From: the human T2T-CHM13v2.0 reference genome, Homo sapiens | NCBI RefSeq assembly: GCF_009914755.1 | Contig: NC_060933.1 | DNA length: 64,000 nt | Direction: 5' to 3' (one strand) | Shown: piece by piece, positions 56,567-64,000 of the stretch | How the letters are laid out: every line of letters starts with the position of its first letter | Numbering within the stretch: the stretch's first letter is position 1 | The notes under the pieces: generated by a model | Told to the model about the DNA's origin: nothing | Databases searched by the model: none | Seen by the model: only the letters and a program-made list of their open reading frames with translations | Made by a program: the position numbers and the translations under genes

Positions 56567-57054
56567 CAGGGGTTTTCAACTTGATTAAAATTTACAGGCT
56601 GTAGGAATATGAGCAAGGGAAAAAAATTACATCCCTATTTCCACTAACCTCTAACTGAAATTTAGCATTACCTTCAATTATGAATTGAAGGAATACTGCT
56701 ATTGCTACAAACCATAGTAATACTAGTAGTATTACCTTGACTTTGTCATCAAAAGAAATAGTTATTTTGTATATGTTGCAGATATCTCAAAATATTCATT
56801 CTTATCACTACTTCATAGCTACGGCAGTTACTTATACTCACCACCATATCTTACTATTTAACATATTAATAAAGAAGCATCATTTCCATAGCATAATTTT
56901 TTTATATTTTGATAACCTAATTTCAAAATATTTGGTTTCCTTTAGTATCCTACACATATATTGTATGCATTTAAACATTTTTTCAAGATAGGGGTCTCTG
57001 GCTTCAGTAGATTGCCAAAAGGATGCAGAGGGCAAGAAAGGTGAAGAAGCCCTG
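56567..57054. mobile_element. hAT-Charlie-type DNA transposon remnant
   Basis: Terminal CAGGGGTTTTCAAC ... AAAGGTGAAGAAGCCCTG inverted-repeat-like ends around an AT-rich core; family not certain. Confidence 0.45.
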
Positions 57055-57744
57055 ATCCAGGAGAATACTGTTGTGCTTCCAATCCTGACAAAACAAGGCC
57101 AAGGCACCACCTGCCAATTAAAGCTTTTAAATGCTAAACCACCAGTCTGGTCATGATAAGTTAGTCATCCAGACTGCTGGAAATGTCAGGCCCTTTTGTA
57201 AATCATGCCACATGTCACTGGCACAAGGAGTTCCCAAATGCCTTTTGTACACAACAACAGTATCATGTGGGATTCTCTCAGCTCCCACCTGCACACAACC
57301 ACGTGTGCAGCCAGAGGACCTCAGAGAAGAGTGGGGAGGATTTAAAGAGGACATGAAAACCAAGGAGGCTCTCCAGGGCCAGTGTGTCAGCCACCATGCT
57401 AAGTGCTTTCCAGGCATTTTCTCATTTAATCTTCACAATGACCCAATGTGCTTACGTGTTACTACACTCCCCATTTTAGAGATGAGGAAACTGTGACACA
57501 CAAGGCTGTTCATGGTCAAGGTCAGGATGGTGAGGCCAGGTGTGGGCTTCAAGGCCCATGCTCTTCAGCCCACCCATCACTGCCCCATAATAGATGCCTT
57601 AAATATAATGCATCTGGGTGCTTGGCAAGGGTAACATCATCACTGTCAGCCACATAAAGGTCAGCCAAATAAAATAAGAAAAGCCAGTGACAAAATAAGA
57701 AAATCTATTGTTTCTTGAGCACCTAACATGAGAGGCAGTGATGA

Positions 57745-58152
<408 letters not shown>

Positions 58153-60757
58153 TAAGTAGTGGTAGTAATTCTACATATGTCCTGGAGCGTTAAAGAGATT
58201 AAATGAGTTAATCCAGACAAAGTTCTCAGAATGATGCCCGGCTTGAGGCAAACACTTGATATATGTCAGCTGTTACTATTATTCTTATGCTCCAAGTGCT
58301 ATACTAGCTACCAACATATCATCTCTAGTTGCCACAGCATTCCAGGGAACTTCCCATTTTTCAGATGATGAAACTGACTCTCTGAGAGCAGAAGTAACTT
58401 GTTTGAGTCCACTAAGCTAGTAACTGCTACAGTCAGAATTTGTGCTTAAGTATGTAACTTCAAAGCCAACCAAGAAAGGTTGGGGAAAAAAAACAATAAA
58501 TATGGATTTCTGATGGATGGCACAGAGACTCCAGGAATGTATGTATGTGGGACCCAGTATCTTAACAGGACCTCTGCAGGCTGGCTCTTAGTCCTAGAGG
58601 AGGACAGCCCACTGCCTGCCACACCAGGGCCTGGATATCAGTTCAGGCTCTTTTCTTCTTTCTGGCAGCTATTCCAAAGATTCCTCGGAATTTTCAGGCC
58701 ACCATTCTCCTCAGCTCCTGCCCTCCTCCCTTCCTCCTACCCTTCCAACTCAGTGGAACTGGGAAATCCCTCCATCAGAGTCCCAGGGGGAATGCCTATC
58801 CCCTGAGACCCAGTGCTGTCATTTACCACTATCCACTGGCACACTCCAGGGCACTTCACAGGATCTGCTCCGGCCAAACCTCATCAGCAAGCCCTTCTTT
58901 GACTGATAAAGATGCCCTCCTCCAGCCCCCAGAGCTGGCGTGTCAGCCACCTGTTTACAAGGCTGAGGGCTCCTGGCAAGCAGCAGTGTCCTGAGCCAGG
59001 CACAGTGTCTGGCACAAATCAAACGCTGCCACAAATACTTGCTAAACTGATGATTAAGTAGGTAAGAGGGGAACTCAGAGACCGATATGAATCTTAAGAG
59101 AAGAGATTCCTGGGGATATTTTGCATAATGGAAGTCAGACTGAGTCAAAGTCTTCCTAGAAGCAAATTGCTTACCCATGTTAAATAAATGAACTCTTTGA
59201 AGCCATTTGGGTCCCATTTCATCAATCACCTATTCCCCTGCGTTGAATCATGCCCCATTAGAATGAAGTCATTTGGCTCCCTCAGCAGAGCTGACAAACC
59301 AGTAGATCTCCTCGGCACACAGGCAGGCGGCCAGGCTGCCCAAAGGGGAGTCATGAGAAGCACCTGCTCAGCAACAGCAACCAACCCCCACTCTCCCCTC
59401 TCCACCCAGCCCCTCCAAACAAAAAGCAACCCAGACAGGAGGCCTCTCAGTGCAGAGAAGACTCATCACTGCCACAGATCTGCTGTGTGTCTGGCTCTGC
59501 GACGTGTTCTCCACAGCCCTTGGAGTGACCACCCCGCTCACCGCATTCCCCTGCCTCACCTGAGAACTGTCCCTAAAACACAGGGGTGAGTCCCAGGAAG
59601 ACTCCTCTCCTTTGTGAGCCAGGCCCTCGGCCCACTTGCTAAACTAGTACAGTTCTCTCCCAGGAACTGAGAGATTTAAACCAAGACACCAGACAGCTGG
59701 AAGTCTCTGGGTCTGTGTCATGTCAACGACAGAGCCCTAGAGTCTGGGACTCAGATGAGGTCCATGGTGCTGCCCCAGCTTCACCCTCCCCAAAGTGTGG
59801 CTGTTCAAGTCTTGCCTGGCATTTGTGACAGCCTCAAGTCTGCTCCCAGTCAATATTCCCTTTCATGGTGGTTGTGCTCAAACTACCCAATGTGGGGTTC
59901 TATGGCTTGCAACCAAAAGAATCTTAACTAATCCACTTCCATTATTTCTAATCCTCTCAAAAGGCAGGCATGTAATTGCCCACTTCACAGATTAGGAAAG
60001 TGAGTTTCAGAGGCATTAAGTGAGTTGCCCAAGATCACAGAGCTAGTGAGTAGTAGGACTGGCATTCTGACACCAAAGCCGGGCATTTTCTACTTTACCA
60101 TAGTTTCCTTAATGACTTGAAGGAAACACATGTAATGTGCAGACCACATCTAAAGAGACAGCAGACATGTAAGGAGAAAGCTTAATGGATCACTTCTTGG
60201 TAATCAAGGCAATTTAGAGGCCTGGTAGATAGATGGTGTCTATTTCAGTAGCTATGTCACAGCCCTGCAACAAAGACATTAATTTTAATACCCTGAAAAT
60301 TCAGCAGCGATGTCCCAACCATGCCAATAACCAAGCCATGAATCTCCGGCTGTAGTTAGTTAAATATGGTCAGTGTGTTTCACTCTCTATTCTTCAATTC
60401 CCTAGTCATCTAGCATTGATTCTCAGGATCACACAATGATTAGAAGGAAAACAGACTGCCCAGAGTCTATGGAGACATGATCATAGCCTCAAGTTCTTTC
60501 TAGAAATGGGCAGAGGATAAATTCTAAACCAACACAAAATAGCCAAGGGCACAGCAGAATAAATTCACATTTTCTACAAAGAAAGAACTACGATCTGAAA
60601 AGCACACCTTTCTTGGGGCCGGGGGAGTCGGGGGTACGACTGTAAGGCTGCAACAGTTGGGATTCCTTAAAGTGACACCAGAAATTTACAATTCTTAAGT
60701 GATCACTTAAAATTCCTTTGTTGCTGTTGTTTTGTTTTTTTAAAGAGACTGGGTCTC

Positions 60758-61342
<585 letters not shown>

Positions 61343-61587
61343 GTAAATCTCTATCTACAATTTGCAATTCATCTTGTAGAACACTATTAAAGCCTTTGCT
61401 AAAATACTTAGGTATCTGACACAGTTATTTAAATATCACCGGGATCTGAATATTACCAAAATGCCCAGCTAGTAACTTTACATTTGTGGTCATGTGAAGT
61501 ACATCACCCAGCACAAAAAAACTAAAAACAAAATGATAAAACTGAAATTAGATTTTAAAATACCCAACCTGTCCAATAAATCTATAA

Positions 61588-61902
<315 letters not shown>

Positions 61903-63610
61903 TGACTAAAATGTGATTCAAAATAGCATTTTAGTTTAACTAACTTAATATATTCAAAGTAATGAAGATATTTCCAACTAAAATAACCTGATGAGCTGCT
62001 ATCTTGGTGTGAAAAAGACTATGCCTTATATTACAGGTTAATGTGAATCTTAGCCAACTAAAGTTGGTCAAAATCTAACTAAATGCTAGTTAGAATCACA
62101 AAATATTAGCCCTCTGAGATTTAGTTATAAGACTTGCCCCAGGTTACGTAAGTGAAATGACAGAGTCGACAGAGAGAAATCCAGGTCTCCAGATTGCTGG
62201 CCCAGCCCAAGGGCTCCATAAGTCCATGCTGACGCTCTCAAGAGAAACAGCAAAATGCAAATACACAAACAGTCAGAATTAAGAAACAGCTCCAACTGTT
62301 CAGCCAATGATACCCCCAGGACAAGCTCTGATACTGAGCAGATACACAGCACAGTGGCTAGCATTGGTTGCTAATATACTGAAATACTTCCACACCAGTT
62401 GGAAAATAAACCCTGGTCCATCCACTCCAACCACCCTAGCTGCCCTGGTCCCTCCCTAGGGACCTCCCCATGAGGTCCCTAGTAGTTTTTAAACTACAGG
62501 GTTGGTGCCTGGCACAGGAGCAGGCCTCCAGGTCCCCACTCCAGCTCTAGTGCCCGAGTCTTTTCTGAAGGCTGATGCCCATGTTGTACCAGTTGTTAAT
62601 TATTTTGAGAATCACCCTTCACAAACCTGCAAGTCACAATCAGAGCCATTCATCAGAAAACTAATTTGCATAAGAGTTCTCTATCTTCCAAATGTATGAA
62701 CTTAATTTAAGCCAGGTTTTTCTTTTAAAAAAAAAAAAAAAAAAAAACCTGGCCTACAGTTAATTCTTTTCCTTTCCCACATCTGGCTGCCTGGTTGCAT
62801 TATTCATTCATTCACTCAACAAATATTTACACAGCCAGGCAACAGGCTGAACACTGGGATTCGGAACATGTGCCAGTTCCCTACCCCAGAAGTGCCTGCC
62901 CATGGTGCTGTACAGGAGCCCAGGTGAGAGGAAGCGGAAAGGTGGATCGTGTAACTCCAACAAACAGAGTAAGTGCCATGATAGAGGGGTGTGTAAAGTG
63001 CTGTGAACCAGAGGAAAACGGGGGACCACACTACTAAGCAGGATCAGGAAAGACTCCAGAGAGAAGGTGACACTAAGATGGCACCTGCAGAGATGTTCAG
63101 GAGTTAGCATGTAAACAAGGAGGGAAAAATCAGTCCAGGCAGATGGAACTACATACACAAAGGCACAGAGAGGTACAAACATGGTGTTTTCAGGAATCTA
63201 TAAGAAATTTGCTATTGCTGGCGACGAAAGAAAATGAGATTGGAAACTTGATTTGGGGCCAGATAAGGAAGGGCCTGCTGTGCCATTTTCTGCGTGAATT
63301 TAAATAGGAACACTTACGAAACACTTGGGATTACATAGTTCTTAAGAGGTGAGCCCTGATAGAGCAAATGAGGCTTCTGGTTTAACAAGCTATGCTTTCT
63401 CAGTTTCGTGTGCAGTGCAAAGACTAATATTCATTGAAGGATATTAATCTGTAACGTGGTAGGCTAAGAACTCCTCCTCCTACCTGTTGTAGGCTCAGTT
63501 ACCAACAAGAAGGCATTTGAGGATCTCTAGATCAAAGGAGTTATCAAATATGTTTCAAAAAAGTGTATGAATCCATTCGCATGTGAATGTCCAATTTCAG
63601 TCAAGCTTAC

Positions 63611-63754
63611 CTTAGAGAAGATGGTTTTGCTGCCTGGTGGCTGTTGAGAAGAGCACTTTTCTGTTATTAAGCCTTCACTCCTGAGCTCAAGATCCTCTGC
63701 AGCCATTAAATAGCAGTTCTGCTGTATTACTTCCAAATCTTTTTCATTGAATTT
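63611..63754 (-). CDS. CDK5RAP2: CDK5RAP2 coding exon (~exon 14), 144 nt, phase 0/0: KFNEKDLEVIQQNCYLMAAEDLELRSEGLITEKCSSQQPPGSKTIFSK
   Basis: Acceptor ttcattAG|AAA, donor AAG|GTAAGC; overlaps ORF 63527..63736. Confidence 0.95.
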
Positions 63755-64000
63755 CTAATGAAATAAAACAAATTCTAAGGAAATTGTCATCAAGAAAAAA
63801 AATATTAAGAAACTGTCCCAAACTCCTTAAGGAAAAATATTTTATTTTTTCATAATACTCCTATATCCCCTACATAATTTTCATCATTCCAAAATACTAG
63901 GCAATTACAAAACTGTCATGCAACTCCATTTCTATGCTATTACAACTTGCAGAATAGCTGAATGCCAGCAAAGCAGAGCCAAGGATGGTCGCAGTCGCTA

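Overview
Human (primate) genomic DNA, not prokaryotic. The whole window lies inside one minus-strand gene that I recognise from its translation as CDK5RAP2 (CEP215/MCPH3, the centrosomal pericentriolar-matrix scaffold, chr9q33). I resolved twelve internal coding exons with GT-AG boundaries. They join in frame over 2,473 nt from KFNEKDLEVIQQ... to ...LEKLFLN(G), which is about exons 14-25 and residues ~495-1319 (numbering from memory). They include the EB1-binding SRLP motif. The introns are dominated by transposon relics: a 5'-truncated dead L1PA3-like LINE-1 with target-site duplication (TSD), about 12 Alus (one nested inverted pair), MER4 and LTR16-type solo LTRs, hAT DNA transposons, and old L1M/L2/MIR. 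Nearly all ORFs in the supplied track are spurious or repeat-derived. I see no CRISPR array, RNA gene or new enzymatic system. The most interesting signals concern splicing regulation. The best is a 10-bp-phased cluster of ACUAAC (QKI/SF1) motifs at the branch point of a candidate 76-nt MIR-derived poison exon. Others are a YCAY (NOVA-type) cluster on the 96-nt symmetric exon, a skippable in-frame 3-exon block, a NAGNAG acceptor, a four-GT donor cluster, and a sense-oriented LTR poly(A) signal. These are hypotheses that need RNA-seq/CLIP testing.
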